Virus record (IMG/VR): IMGVR_UViG_2700989507_000006
Reading direction: 5' to 3' (one strand)
From: a virus
Lineage: Duplodnaviria; Heunggongvirae; Uroviricota; Caudoviricetes
DNA: 64,000 nucleotides
Both the position numbers and the translations under genes were made by a program. Below, one piece after another: positions 53,877 through 63,338 of the stretch. The notes beneath the pieces were generated by a model. The model was not told where the DNA came from, did no database searches, and saw only the letters and a list, made by a program, of their open reading frames with translations. How positions within the stretch are numbered: position 1 is the first letter of the stretch; the number at the start of each line of letters is the position of its first letter.

Positions 53877-54077
53877 TTATCTGCTGCCCGGCATTCTCTG
53901 TTTAAGCACAACCATTTCCTGACGGCATAACACAGCAATAGCGGTCCTGACTCCAATTTGCTTACCAACCAGGTATTGCTTTACCTTGCGGCGGCTCACG
54001 CCATCAAGAAGCATCTTTAACGCTTCACGGGACAATTTGTTGTATTTACGTGCCATTAATCTACTCCGCAGAACCAT
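53877..54077 (-). CDS. small basic protein
   Basis: About 60-66 aa, Lys/Arg-rich; start uncertain. Confidence 0.3.
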   Translation of the reverse strand: MVLRSRLMARKYNKLSREALKMLLDGVSRRKVKQYLVGKQIGVRTAIAVLCRQEMVVLKQRMPGSR

Positions 54078-54336
54078 ACAATCTACGTAGCGTGGTAGCA
54101 GTAGATGCAGATATCGCTCTTAAAACCTCCTCCTTACTTACATCACTGCGGGAGAGGATTTCAGAAGGCGATATTTCCTTTAACGACTTTTGCTTCTCTT
54201 TGCAGTTCTCGACCAGTTCCGCAGGAATAACAAACCTGCTATCAATCGGCACAAGTTCATCAAGCGTTTGTTTGGGTACGTTAAACGTAGGATTCTTGAA
54301 CACCGCAGATTCGGTTCTTAAGTTAATTTTCGACAT
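54061..54336 (-). CDS. small hypothetical protein (P1 PdcA-like by position)
   Basis: 91-aa ORF just downstream of doc. Confidence 0.4.
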   Translation of the reverse strand: MSKINLRTESAVFKNPTFNVPKQTLDELVPIDSRFVIPAELVENCKEKQKSLKEISPSEILSRSDVSKEEVLRAISASTATTLRRLYGSAE

Positions 54337-54355
54337 TGTTTCGTAACTCCACTAC

Positions 54356-54736
54356 TCAAGTCTTGGAACCATATAGTTCACGTAGCTTTTCTGCGACTGA
54401 AGATACGGCGATTTCACCAGTCGCAGCGCCTACAGTAAGGTCTGCCAGTTCAGGTGAATCAAATACCTGCACCCCGTTACGGCGTAGAAATAGCAGCGCA
54501 CTGTTTAGCGCGGTACGCTTATTGGCATCATTGAATATATGCCCTCTCGCAGTAGCCACCAGGTAGGTTGCGGAGACTTCGAAAAGGTCGGTAATCTCTT
54601 CGTACACAACTCTGGCCTGGACTCTCCCGATAATGGCCTCTGCCCTGCCCGGATCTGACATGCCAGGCAGGCCGCCGTAGCGGTTTATATTCGCATCATG
54701 AAGCGCAATAAGTTCTTCCGGTGATATATGCCTCAT
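54356..54736 (-). CDS. doc: Doc toxin (Fic-fold kinase) of the phd-doc addiction module
   Basis: 126 aa starting [25 protein letters not shown]...; start overlaps the phd stop by 1 nt. Confidence 0.95.
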   Translation of the reverse strand: MRHISPEELIALHDANINRYGGLPGMSDPGRAEAIIGRVQARVVYEEITDLFEVSATYLVATARGHIFNDANKRTALNSALLFLRRNGVQVFDSPELADLTVGAATGEIAVSSVAEKLRELYGSKT

Positions 54737-54957
54737 TATCGGTTAACCAGTTCCTTGTTGGTGGAGTCCAGGGTGTCAAACAGGGATGCAAATTCAGCAT
54801 CCAGCGCCGCTTTTTTGTAGGCTTCGAAAGTAGCCTTGCTGACAATTACTGCTGGCTCACGGCCTCTGCGGGTGATTTCAACCTCTTCCCCGGCTTCAAC
54901 ATTGTTGAGCACTTCAGAAAGGTTGCCGCGCGCGGTACGGAAGTTAATGGATTGCAT
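54736..54957 (-). CDS. phd: Phd antitoxin
   Basis: 73 aa starting [41 protein letters not shown]... Confidence 0.9.
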   Translation of the reverse strand: MQSINFRTARGNLSEVLNNVEAGEEVEITRRGREPAVIVSKATFEAYKKAALDAEFASLFDTLDSTNKELVNR

Positions 54958-55029
54958 AAACACCTCGTGTACTCGTTATGTGTACACAATTATAAACCTC
55001 ACAGGCATAAAGCACCAGCCCTTTGCAGC

Positions 55030-55419
55030 TTAAATAACCGGACAATCATCAAACTCCCCACTTCGGGCATCATTGATGACATGAGTGATCACACCAAAAA
55101 CAGCATTACTGCCCGTGCATCCATCGTCATCTACTGGTAACGCCTCTTTCTTCCCGGTGCTTAAATCCTCCAGGTGCTGGCGCGGATACTTCCTGTATCT
55201 CTTTATGCGATATTCACCCTCCATAGCGCAGACAAGTAGCGAACCATCAACCGGAGTAAGTGAGGAATCGACCACCAGCAAAGCACCCTGCAATATTCCC
55301 TCACGGTGATGGCTATCAGCTGCCCGCATGAAGTAGGTTGCTGATGGATGCCTGATTAGTTGCTGATCAAGAGAAATTCTGCTTTCAACATAATCCGCCG
55401 CAGGAGAAGGGAAGCCCAT
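55030..55419 (-). CDS. humD: HumD (UmuD' homologue)
   Basis: 129 aa with LexA/UmuD-type peptidase motifs; LexA box upstream. Confidence 0.8.
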   Translation of the reverse strand: MGFPSPAADYVESRISLDQQLIRHPSATYFMRAADSHHREGILQGALLVVDSSLTPVDGSLLVCAMEGEYRIKRYRKYPRQHLEDLSTGKKEALPVDDDGCTGSNAVFGVITHVINDARSGEFDDCPVI

Positions 55420-55438
55420 AGCGTTTTCACCTCAATAA

Positions 55439-55458
55439 TACTGTTCATTTATACAGTA
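55439..55458. promoter_or_regulatory. LexA box (SOS operator)
   Basis: TACTGTtcatttatACAGTA matches CTGT-N8-ACAG; between divergent humD and the + strand gene. Confidence 0.7.
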
Positions 55459-55593
55459 TACATTAAAGAGACACCTTTGGTGCAAACGCGTTATGTACAT
55501 CAATCACCGCAGATGATTTTGTGCGCTTTGCTACTATTCATCACCAACGGATCCGCGTAATCTCATTGCCAATCAGTTAATAAGGAATTAGCT

Positions 55594-56175
55594 ATGCCTA
55601 ATCGCATTCCTCTCGATCCTGTATTGCCCAAAAATTTTGACTGCACTCCTAACGAGAAACGCTCTAAAGCTCAGCTGGACGCCTGGTGGGACCATCCATA
55701 TGGGGTTACACAACCTGACGGGAAAATTGTAGTTTATTGTCTGAATGGTGGGGCGTGGGACCGTCCATCCGTGCTTTGTTTGGCAGATAACTATGATGAA
55801 GCCTGTGAACTTGCCGAAAGACAGCAGGCAAGCTGGGTAAAAACACGGTCTGAACCGACATTCATGTTTTCAAAAGAACCGCCATTTATACTGGCGAGGA
55901 TGCCGCAGCGACCGGATCATCAACAAGAAATTGTTGCTGAATTTTCCTCAAGGGATGAGATGAATCTCTTCTCATTAAAGCAGGAAGAAAGGGATCGCGT
56001 CGAAGTGTCTCCAACTCTCGACCACAACCGGATGAACCTGGCCCAACTCGCCTGGTACAGCAAAGAATTAGAGATTTCTATTGCCCGACTTGAAAACGAA
56101 AAAGCCGCTATCCAAGCCCAGCATGAAGTAGTTCTGAACCGGATTAGAGAAATGCAAAACGATAATAGAGGCTAA
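55594..56175 (+). CDS. hypothetical protein divergent from humD (possibly LexA-regulated)
   Basis: 193-aa ORF with RBS aaggaatt; C-terminal coiled-coil. Confidence 0.5.
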   Translation: MPNRIPLDPVLPKNFDCTPNEKRSKAQLDAWWDHPYGVTQPDGKIVVYCLNGGAWDRPSVLCLADNYDEACELAERQQASWVKTRSEPTFMFSKEPPFILARMPQRPDHQQEIVAEFSSRDEMNLFSLKQEERDRVEVSPTLDHNRMNLAQLAWYSKELEISIARLENEKAAIQAQHEVVLNRIREMQNDNRG

Positions 56176-56235
56176 ATCGAGGTAGAAAACACATTGTTTA
56201 AGGCCACTAATTGTGGCCTCAAAGGGGAGAGATGC

Positions 56236-56787
56236 TTATTGGCTATGGCTAAAAATCAAATGAGACACTTCATGTGGTTGTAGCTCGTCAAGATCCGGGG
56301 CCACAAAACCTTTTCCGAAAGACTTCACAAGTGATTCACCAGCCACATCATTGTCACCTATTACACGAAAGTCATACGGCAGCATCGCAAGTTGACGGCG
56401 TAATCCAGCGGAGAAAGTCGAACCTAACAGCGCCCACGAATTGCCGCCCGCGTTGTGTACAGCTGCGCTCTTAAAAATAGACTCAGTTATCCATATTGGG
56501 CCATCTTTTAAAGGAAGATAGGTTCCCCAAAGTAACTGTCTGCCATGTGATCGCGTGAAATACCGGGCCATCTTCGGATTGCTATGCTGCTTAGGAGCAC
56601 CTGGTCTATATGTCTGATACCCAGCCAACATCCCATCAAACCTGTATAGAGGGAATGTAACTACTCCTTCGCTTTCATCGATCCACTGTCTATATGGGTG
56701 TATATCATGGCGGTAGTTACGAGTTAGCAAATGAGCTTCCAGCTTTCCAAATTTTGTCATATTCCGTTCTTCCTGCATACTGGGCAT
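56236..56787 (-). CDS. small TOPRIM-domain protein
   Basis: IWITESIFKSAAV (conserved Glu) and VIGDNDVAGESL (DxD) resemble TOPRIM motifs; N-terminal start uncertain. Confidence 0.45.
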   Translation of the reverse strand: MPSMQEERNMTKFGKLEAHLLTRNYRHDIHPYRQWIDESEGVVTFPLYRFDGMLAGYQTYRPGAPKQHSNPKMARYFTRSHGRQLLWGTYLPLKDGPIWITESIFKSAAVHNAGGNSWALLGSTFSAGLRRQLAMLPYDFRVIGDNDVAGESLVKSFGKGFVAPDLDELQPHEVSHLIFSHSQ

Positions 56788-57062
56788 GTGTTCTCTGTGA
56801 AATATGGGAAACTATTATCCAGCTCATCTACCCACTGTTTATGGTCGAAGCAGAAAAATATCTCCCACGGCATTCCATATTCTTCCATCCATAGGCGGAT
56901 CTGCATTTCTATTGGAATCGGCGGTATTGCAGACACCATATCAACAGGATAACAGTTCAGACGACGTTCCAGTTCTTCTACTCTCTTCTGGAGATGAAAT
57001 ATCCGATCCAGATGCACACGCCGCTCCCGTGCCATTTTAAAATAAAGCTCGCCGGTCATCAT
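56757..57062 (-). CDS. small Cys-motif protein, paralogue of the next gene
   Basis: C-terminal motif WE.FFC.DH..W.DELD.SFPYF.E..CP.CR shared with 57062..57358. Confidence 0.4.
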   Translation of the reverse strand: MMTGELYFKMARERRVHLDRIFHLQKRVEELERRLNCYPVDMVSAIPPIPIEMQIRLWMEEYGMPWEIFFCFDHKQWVDELDNSFPYFTENTCPVCRKNGI

Positions 57063-57358
57063 TAACTCCTACATTCAGGGCAAGAGTTCCCTTCCGCAAA
57101 ATAGGGGAAACTGCTATCAAGCTCATCACACCATCTGCGATGGTCGTAGCACCAAAACGCCTCCCACGGTGCACGGAAATACTTCATCCACCAGGACACT
57201 CGATCAGGTATATCTGCTGGTGGCAGCTCTTCTGGCAATAATTTGCCTGATAATTCCCTTTCCGCCCGCGCCAGCATTCCTTTTAGACTCGCATTCTCTT
57301 TTTCAAGAATATCTATGCGCGCCTGTAACTCAGCTTTCGTTGGCATGGTCCGCCTCAT
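57062..57358 (-). CDS. small coiled-coil/Cys-motif protein, paralogue of 56757..57062
   Basis: Start taken at the internal Met (MRRTMPTKAEL); ORF track starts at 57427. Confidence 0.4.
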   Translation of the reverse strand: MRRTMPTKAELQARIDILEKENASLKGMLARAERELSGKLLPEELPPADIPDRVSWWMKYFRAPWEAFWCYDHRRWCDELDSSFPYFAEGNSCPECRS

Positions 57359-58010
57359 GTTTTTCAGCCACCAGCGGCAATAAAGCCCTGGCCATCTTAT
57401 GAACCAACAGAGCATCGATAATGCCAAGCGTATGCCCCGGCTTAATGTTTAATGCCGCCTCAAGGTGACACCTTTCCAGGTCACTTTTCTCGGCTTGTTT
57501 ATGATGATCTGGCGTAATAACGTCGCCCAAAACACGGCTAATTCTTTCTCGTAATTGCTGGGTGCCAGCACACTTGATCGCTGTATCGTGGAGACGGTTA
57601 ACCAGTTCGCGATAAACATGCGGCTTAATGCGGATACGTTCACCGGTGACGCCCTTTCCTGGCGCTGGCACCGAACTATCCGGAATATCCGGATAGTTGC
57701 CAGCCTCGTAAGCTACCCGCAGCCAGTGCATGAATGTTTCAGTGGACACACAACCACAGTCCACATCGATTTTTCCGCGTTGCTGTTCCAGCCACTGCTC
57801 AAAATTCAATCTACACGTATTACTTTCATGTTGCTCTTTTTGTCTCAAGGCCAGCACCTGTTGGGCCAGTTTCAGAACGATACCGGGTGACGCTAACCTC
57901 TCAAATTCCAATAAATAGTTTGCGTCAGGATGACAAGTAGCCTCGCCTGCAAAAAATACCAATTGCTGTAAGTATGCTGTCGTTAGAGTAGTCATTTCTT
58001 TTTGCGCCAT
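57330..58010 (-). CDS. hypothetical protein
   Basis: 226-aa ORF; boundaries uncertain. Confidence 0.4.
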   Translation of the reverse strand: MAQKEMTTLTTAYLQQLVFFAGEATCHPDANYLLEFERLASPGIVLKLAQQVLALRQKEQHESNTCRLNFEQWLEQQRGKIDVDCGCVSTETFMHWLRVAYEAGNYPDIPDSSVPAPGKGVTGERIRIKPHVYRELVNRLHDTAIKCAGTQQLRERISRVLGDVITPDHHKQAEKSDLERCHLEAALNIKPGHTLGIIDALLVHKMARALLPLVAEKHEADHANES

Positions 58011-58366
58011 TTCTTTTCACATTCCTTAGTCCATTTTTCAATGTTCATTTTGGCAATATCAGTCATTCCATCACCTAAGAAATACTTTTTCCGGTACGTC
58101 TTGCACTTAAACCACACTACAACAGCCACCAGCCAGAAAATAAAAGGCCATACGGCAATACCAACTCCAGCCGCGATAAAGCCCAATATCCATAAATGAA
58201 GCTCTCCAACTTCTGTTTCCGGCAATATTCTTAAAGAATTAAACAGCAGGCTGAACGAATGGTCGTATGCATTGGCAGTATAAGACATGCAATCCATATA
58301 ATTAAAGTCATAGCCTGCGGCTGCCGCCCATAATGGGCGGTCAAGAAAATGTTTTAGTGTCATCAT
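57992..58366 (-). CDS. membrane protein
   Basis: 124 aa with a strongly hydrophobic central helix pair and Lys-rich C-terminus. Confidence 0.4.
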   Translation of the reverse strand: MMTLKHFLDRPLWAAAAGYDFNYMDCMSYTANAYDHSFSLLFNSLRILPETEVGELHLWILGFIAAGVGIAVWPFIFWLVAVVVWFKCKTYRKKYFLGDGMTDIAKMNIEKWTKECEKKWRKKK

Positions 58367-58372
58367 ATTAAT

Positions 58373-58666
58373 TTAAGGTTCAGACCAGTTATCTTCAATA
58401 GCAATGCTTAATCTTTGTAGCCATTCTGCTAATTTCAGCATTGCTTCTCTTTCGCTTAAACCACACGGAAAATCATCAAGCGATATTGTTGGCTTGAAGT
58501 TTCCCAAATTATCCATTTCAACGGTCAGATTTTGCTCCAGAACGGTATTTCTTACGCGGCTATTGTGCCGAAGCAAATATACTGAACGTGATTTATTGGT
58601 TTTGTGGTCGAACGTATATTCGGTAAGTATCATCTGACTTCCGCCATGATTATTACCGCGCCACAT
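58373..58666 (-). CDS. hypothetical protein
   Basis: 97-aa ORF in a tightly packed minus-strand operon. Confidence 0.35.
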   Translation of the reverse strand: MWRGNNHGGSQMILTEYTFDHKTNKSRSVYLLRHNSRVRNTVLEQNLTVEMDNLGNFKPTISLDDFPCGLSEREAMLKLAEWLQRLSIAIEDNWSEP

Positions 58667-58689
58667 AATTACTCCGTGTTAATTGAAAT

Positions 58690-58971
58690 TTAGCTATTAA
58701 TCTTCACTTTTATCGCGAACACCTTTACCGGTTTATCACCGAAGTGTGGATGTGTGATTGTTTTTATTTCATATCCGTTATACGGGACGTCAATTCTGCG
58801 ACTGAAGTCTTCGCGCTTCGGATATCCCTTTGTGATAATCAGGCGGTCATACTCCCGGAACATAATTCGCTTATTCCAGTAGTCATTACACAGGCGATAT
58901 TCTTCTGTTTTCTCTCCACGAATCATGGCATCGAAGTATTCACCTTTGACGGCAAGTTGCAGGTTAGCCAT
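58690..58971 (-). CDS. hypothetical protein
   Basis: About 93 aa from the internal Met that overlaps the upstream stop. Confidence 0.35.
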   Translation of the reverse strand: MANLQLAVKGEYFDAMIRGEKTEEYRLCNDYWNKRIMFREYDRLIITKGYPKREDFSRRIDVPYNGYEIKTITHPHFGDKPVKVFAIKVKINS

Positions 58972-59231
58972 TACCGCACCTCCAGTCTCCATACCGCCTG
59001 ACCAATCCGGCTGGCATAGGTATCTTTGGATACTGCTCCGTCTTTAGCCAGCTCCATAAGAATTTTGCGCAAATCTGCCGAACGCCATTCTTCATCAGGA
59101 AATTCCTTCTCCATTGCCAACCGCAGATTCCAGGTTGCTATCGTGAATGGATATTCACCGCCGAGAGCTTTCTCTTGTAGGGCAGCACGGGAACGCATCA
59201 CCTGCAAAACCTTCTCTTTTACATCCATCAT
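58971..59231 (-). CDS. hypothetical protein
   Basis: About 86 aa from the internal Met (MMDVKEK) that overlaps the upstream stop. Confidence 0.35.
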   Translation of the reverse strand: MMDVKEKVLQVMRSRAALQEKALGGEYPFTIATWNLRLAMEKEFPDEEWRSADLRKILMELAKDGAVSKDTYASRIGQAVWRLEVR

Positions 59232-59773
59232 TTCGCCTCCTGTGGCGGTTCTGGTAGCGGCATCCAGTGTGATGGAATCCACGACGCACCAGGAATTATC
59301 CAACCATCATTAGCATCAGGATGTCCCGGTATGTAAGTCGCCCACTTCATTCGCCAGTCACCTTTCCCGTCAAACTCCCTGGCAACAAGAACAGCTGTTT
59401 TGCTATCCGGCATTCGCTCACTACAGCTTATCCAACCATCCGGAGTTACCGGAGAGTTGCCATTTACATCGAAGTTTGGCTCTGCGTCCTGAACCAGGAG
59501 GATGTAACCATTCTTGGCAGTATCAAGTTCTAACGCCTCGGTGACGGTGCCGAAATAGCGATTACCTAAATCAGCATCACAAGTGCTTACATCAATGGAA
59601 ACTTCCATCCCTTCGATTAATTCTGGCAAGTTGTAAGTTTGGCTTACAGGCTCTGCTTCCAGCGATGCCAGTGCAATTTCATAAGCACGGCGCTCAATAT
59701 TGTCTCGAACGTCCAGGCCGCCTATGCGCTCTTTGATTTCTTTAATCAGTTCTTTGTCGGTAAAAGTGGTCAT
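59228..59773 (-). CDS. DUF551-like protein
   Basis: C-terminal ...GWI.PGASWIPSHWMPLPEPP resembles the DUF551 signature of lambdoid early-region proteins. Confidence 0.45.
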   Translation of the reverse strand: MTTFTDKELIKEIKERIGGLDVRDNIERRAYEIALASLEAEPVSQTYNLPELIEGMEVSIDVSTCDADLGNRYFGTVTEALELDTAKNGYILLVQDAEPNFDVNGNSPVTPDGWISCSERMPDSKTAVLVAREFDGKGDWRMKWATYIPGHPDANDGWIIPGASWIPSHWMPLPEPPQEAK

Positions 59774-60135
59774 GCTGTAGCCCCTTCTTGATATTTTTCA
59801 AACCAGAACACAACCGGGTCAGATTTCATTTCAACCAATCCCATACGAACCAGCGCTTTGCCTTTCCCGGACGCAAGGAATTCACGACGACCATCACTGA
59901 TAATTCGCCGATAATCTTCCAGGCTACTGCAATGCTTGTGCAGATTGCATGGGTGGCATGCTGGTACCATGTTGGATATATCGTCACATTCCTGGTGAAG
60001 CATATTTCCATCAAAACGAATGACCGGTTTTACATGGTCTGCATGCCACTTTTCGCCAAGTTCGCAGCCGCAATAAGCGCAGCGACCACCAAACTTCATG
60101 CGCAATTCTGCACGTTGTTTTTTCGTCAGTGCCAT
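59770..60135 (-). CDS. HNH endonuclease
   Basis: About 121 aa from MALTKKQRAEL; CAYCGCEL...HADHVKP...CHPCNLHKH motif. Confidence 0.6.
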   Translation of the reverse strand: MALTKKQRAELRMKFGGRCAYCGCELGEKWHADHVKPVIRFDGNMLHQECDDISNMVPACHPCNLHKHCSSLEDYRRIISDGRREFLASGKGKALVRMGLVEMKSDPVVFWFEKYQEGATA

Positions 60136-60136
60136 A

Positions 60137-60355
60137 TCAGCTTTCCTTATACGGATTAATTTTATTGTGCAGTGTGTTGAACGACGCCCATACCACGTCG
60201 TTATACAATTCAATAACTGGCTCAATTATTTTCCCGATTATCCAGACCAGTAATAGCGGGGATATCGGTATCATCAACACGATAAACAGAATGAGAAACA
60301 AAAATTCTGTTGTTCTACTCCTTCGCGGATATTTTTTTCTGAATAATGTGACCAT
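60137..60355 (-). CDS. small membrane protein
   Basis: 72-aa ORF with one long hydrophobic stretch, just upstream of the HNH gene. Confidence 0.3.
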   Translation of the reverse strand: MVTLFRKKYPRRSRTTEFLFLILFIVLMIPISPLLLVWIIGKIIEPVIELYNDVVWASFNTLHNKINPYKES

Positions 60356-60449
60356 TCATTACCGCCCTTTCGGGCGGCCTCCTGATGTTCTGAGGGTGCA
60401 GAAATCCCTCCGGTTAAGGATTAAATTTTATTTACAACACTAAATTTAA

Positions 60450-61115
60450 TTATTCAGGCGCGCGAATCTGTTCCGCACAATGCAACAATGCTTCTGTCAC
60501 TTCCTTAAGCGTCACGGTATCGGCATCATCCAGTCCTGCAACTTTTGCGTGCCTGACAAACGCCGCGCGAAGCTCGTTAAACGCCACCGCCCGTACATCA
60601 GCCAGGAAAGCATCTGTAGCCAAGGTTTGCGGCATACCTCCGTCTGTTGCGCAGATATACGCATCAGATATTTCATCCTGCTGGCCATCAAACACGTAGC
60701 AACAGCCCCTGATAAACAGCTTCATTGAGGCATTCTCCACTGCCAGCGCCGTGCGATTACCATCCAGCTCTGCAATGCGCTGTTTTGCGGCATCCAGTTC
60801 AATCGACAATTTTCCCAACTGCTCTTGATGCTTCTTGTATTCCTGATATGCGTGCCAAGACTGACCTTTGCGCACACTATCAGTGATATCAGTAATCTGT
60901 TCTGGTGTTAGCGTGGTCAGTGGCTGTGATGGGAAAATAAGCACTTTCCCGGAATCCCAATCAAAACCAGCGTGAATTGACTGAACCTCAACTGAAGGTG
61001 TTGAACCAATGCTGCCAGGCGAATGAACAACGATCGTTACATCCATATCGCGACGATGGCTGTGGTTGTTGGACAAAATACGATTCACCAACTCAGAAAA
61101 TTTGGAAAATTTCAT
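60450..61115 (-). CDS. Ea22/Ead-like protein
   Basis: 221 aa; shares IAELDGNRTALAVENA and TLATDAFLADVRA segments with 61399..62274. Confidence 0.45.
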   Translation of the reverse strand: MKFSKFSELVNRILSNNHSHRRDMDVTIVVHSPGSIGSTPSVEVQSIHAGFDWDSGKVLIFPSQPLTTLTPEQITDITDSVRKGQSWHAYQEYKKHQEQLGKLSIELDAAKQRIAELDGNRTALAVENASMKLFIRGCCYVFDGQQDEISDAYICATDGGMPQTLATDAFLADVRAVAFNELRAAFVRHAKVAGLDDADTVTLKEVTEALLHCAEQIRAPE

Positions 61116-61435
61116 GCTGATTCCCCTTTCTCTGCTCTCTCCTGTCGGAACATCACTATCATCAGGTCGCCTTTTGTCGCTATCCTGGCTGTTGTACCTG
61201 GTTCAATGCGGCTAAGCTCAAATGCGTCATAGAACGCTTCTAATGCCTTCTGGCGTAGTTCCTGTTTGCGCCGTTTTTTCCACTGTTTTAGGAAAATGGA
61301 ACCCAGCCATCGCCATGTACGGGACATGATGTAAAGCCAACCGAGAAGTGCCAGACCGGTATTTAGGAGCGTATCGATCGTTATTGTCGTGTCGATATTC
61401 ACTGGCTGCTTCCTTTGCGAATCTGTTCCGCCCAT
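61112..61435 (-). CDS. small hypothetical protein (possible membrane protein)
   Basis: ORF overlapping the downstream start by 4 bp; start uncertain. Confidence 0.3.
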   Translation of the reverse strand: MGGTDSQRKQPVNIDTTITIDTLLNTGLALLGWLYIMSRTWRWLGSIFLKQWKKRRKQELRQKALEAFYDAFELSRIEPGTTARIATKGDLMIVMFRQERAEKGESA

Positions 61436-62274
61436 TCTTCAAGGGATTTCTCCGCATATTCACCAGACAGGCCATCAATCGGATGCGCTTCATTAGCCAA
61501 CTCTTCTTTCGCTGACAAAATCATGCGTGTAACGTCGAAAACTTCACGCAAAGACTTATTGATAAATCCGTGATTGAACGCAGCAGCAAGACGGCTGGCG
61601 GTATAGTTAATCCCCTCGTTGCGTGCTTCCGCACGTACTTCAGCAAGGAAAGCATCGGTGGCTGGGGTTTCGACATTAGGTCGAAGCTCATAATCACAAA
61701 CTCTTTCAATCCATGGTGATACTCTGTCGCATTTCCTCTTCTTGCGTTCACCGACCTTGGTTGCCTGCTGAATAATTACCCCCCAGCAAATGCTTTCGAC
61801 CTCTTCGCTCCATCCATCGCAAGCATCGCCTCTATAGTCGTCAATTGCAGCCTCAGCAGCAGCGATAGCCTCCTCAGCAGTTTTGTGACACTCGAAACTA
61901 AATTCAGAGCCATATGAGAAATACATAGCCCCGGCCTTAAGCCCCGCATTCTCCGCCACCAGCGCCGCGAGATTAGTCTCAAGCTCTGCAATTCGACACA
62001 TAGCATCAATATTTGTGTCCTCCAGGCGCTTAATTTCACCAAGCAGCTCCAGTGCAACCTTTGGGTTGAACGCGGCAACATAACGAGCGTTGTTCTCTGC
62101 ATTTTTCTGTCCATCAAAGCCGGTCCATTTGATAACGTCTTCACATCGTTCATCACCTGGCGTGTGCACCGCATAAGTACCAGTATCCGTCGAAATAAAT
62201 GCGACCCATTCATCTGGTGTTGCCTTTTCTGCCGCCTCACGCAGTACCTGATAGTCAATTGTCATTCTCGCCAT
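61399..62274 (-). CDS. Ea22/Ead-like protein
   Basis: 291-aa paralogue of 60450..61115. Confidence 0.45.
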   Translation of the reverse strand: MARMTIDYQVLREAAEKATPDEWVAFISTDTGTYAVHTPGDERCEDVIKWTGFDGQKNAENNARYVAAFNPKVALELLGEIKRLEDTNIDAMCRIAELETNLAALVAENAGLKAGAMYFSYGSEFSFECHKTAEEAIAAAEAAIDDYRGDACDGWSEEVESICWGVIIQQATKVGERKKRKCDRVSPWIERVCDYELRPNVETPATDAFLAEVRAEARNEGINYTASRLAAAFNHGFINKSLREVFDVTRMILSAKEELANEAHPIDGLSGEYAEKSLEEWAEQIRKGSSQ

Positions 62275-62942
62275 CCTTCACAGTTGTAATCACTACAGCC
62301 TTCAAAATCATATGGGCTGTACTGCCAAGTTATTTTTCCGCAATGCGGACAATTCCAACGCACCTTCCCGCTTCGCGACTTCTTTCTTCTGTTCTGCTCT
62401 TTCAACCAGTCAGGCATGACCAAACCTGCGCCCTGAACCATTGTTCTACGGTTAAAGTTATTGATATTGAACGTCCGGCGCTTTGCTGCATCAGCAATGG
62501 AAAATGGCAACCAAACTATTCCTGGTTCGTTTTTGTTGGCGACGCTAAAGATGGTCGCTTTACTGAAGTCATCTGTTGGCAATCCACCGTGTTGAAGCCA
62601 GTAAACATCGTTGCCGTTCCAGCTACCTTTTTTGTAGGCCACATACGCAGTGCAATCTGACTCAATCAGGCTTTCTGTAGGGATGTACTGGCAATCAACG
62701 TGCCACACAGCCATTGCATCCACGCTATCAGCGCAAACAGGCTGATCGATATCTCGACCACAATTCCAGGCTTTTTGGGCTTCTTCCTGCGTGTAAACAT
62801 GTGCTCGATCGATATCAGAACTGTAACCATTGCCGTTATGGCAATGGAATGAGGCGTTATTACCCACAGTTTCACGCAAGCACATCATGTAAAAACGGTT
62901 ACTCACTGGTTGCCTCCTTGGTGGAGTTGCGCTGCGATGCAC
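62262..62942 (-). CDS. Cys-rich hypothetical protein
   Basis: About 210-226 aa; C-terminal CPHCGK...C..C motif; start uncertain. Confidence 0.4.
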   Translation of the reverse strand: MHRSATPPRRQPVSNRFYMMCLRETVGNNASFHCHNGNGYSSDIDRAHVYTQEEAQKAWNCGRDIDQPVCADSVDAMAVWHVDCQYIPTESLIESDCTAYVAYKKGSWNGNDVYWLQHGGLPTDDFSKATIFSVANKNEPGIVWLPFSIADAAKRRTFNINNFNRRTMVQGAGLVMPDWLKEQNRRKKSRSGKVRWNCPHCGKITWQYSPYDFEGCSDYNCEGWRE

Positions 62943-63142
62943 GAAAAAAAAGACTCCCGAGTGTGACAGTTAAGAGCTGGTGCGAACGCCGCGTTAAGAA
63001 CGGCGGCATCACAGCCGTCATCAATATAGAGCGCAATTTTTTTCTCCAGGCGCGCTTTGGCTTCCTGCAACTGCATACCCCAGCACGCACGCGGGATATA
63101 ATCAGCAATTTGAGCGATAGCTTTTTCGTTCTGTTTAAACAT
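62903..63142 (-). CDS. small hypothetical protein
   Basis: 79-aa ORF in operon context. Confidence 0.3.
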   Translation of the reverse strand: MFKQNEKAIAQIADYIPRACWGMQLQEAKARLEKKIALYIDDGCDAAVLNAAFAPALNCHTRESFFSCIAAQLHQGGNQ

Positions 63143-63338
63143 GCTTCACCTCGATAGGCTTGATGGTGTCTAACAGCAGTCGGCGGCGCGTATTTTCTGC
63201 AAAATGGCGGCGTCCAGTTTCTTTGTGGTAAAACTCGTTTTTGCCAACGACCCACATCCGCTCTGTTTGGTGCAGTTTTTTTACCTTCGGGCCATCTTTG
63301 GTGATCACGGTACCGGTATGGGTTTTTACGATTGTCAT
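63135..63338 (-). CDS. small basic protein
   Basis: 67-aa ORF overlapping both neighbours by 4-8 bp. Confidence 0.35.
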   Translation of the reverse strand: MTIVKTHTGTVITKDGPKVKKLHQTERMWVVGKNEFYHKETGRRHFAENTRRRLLLDTIKPIEVKHV

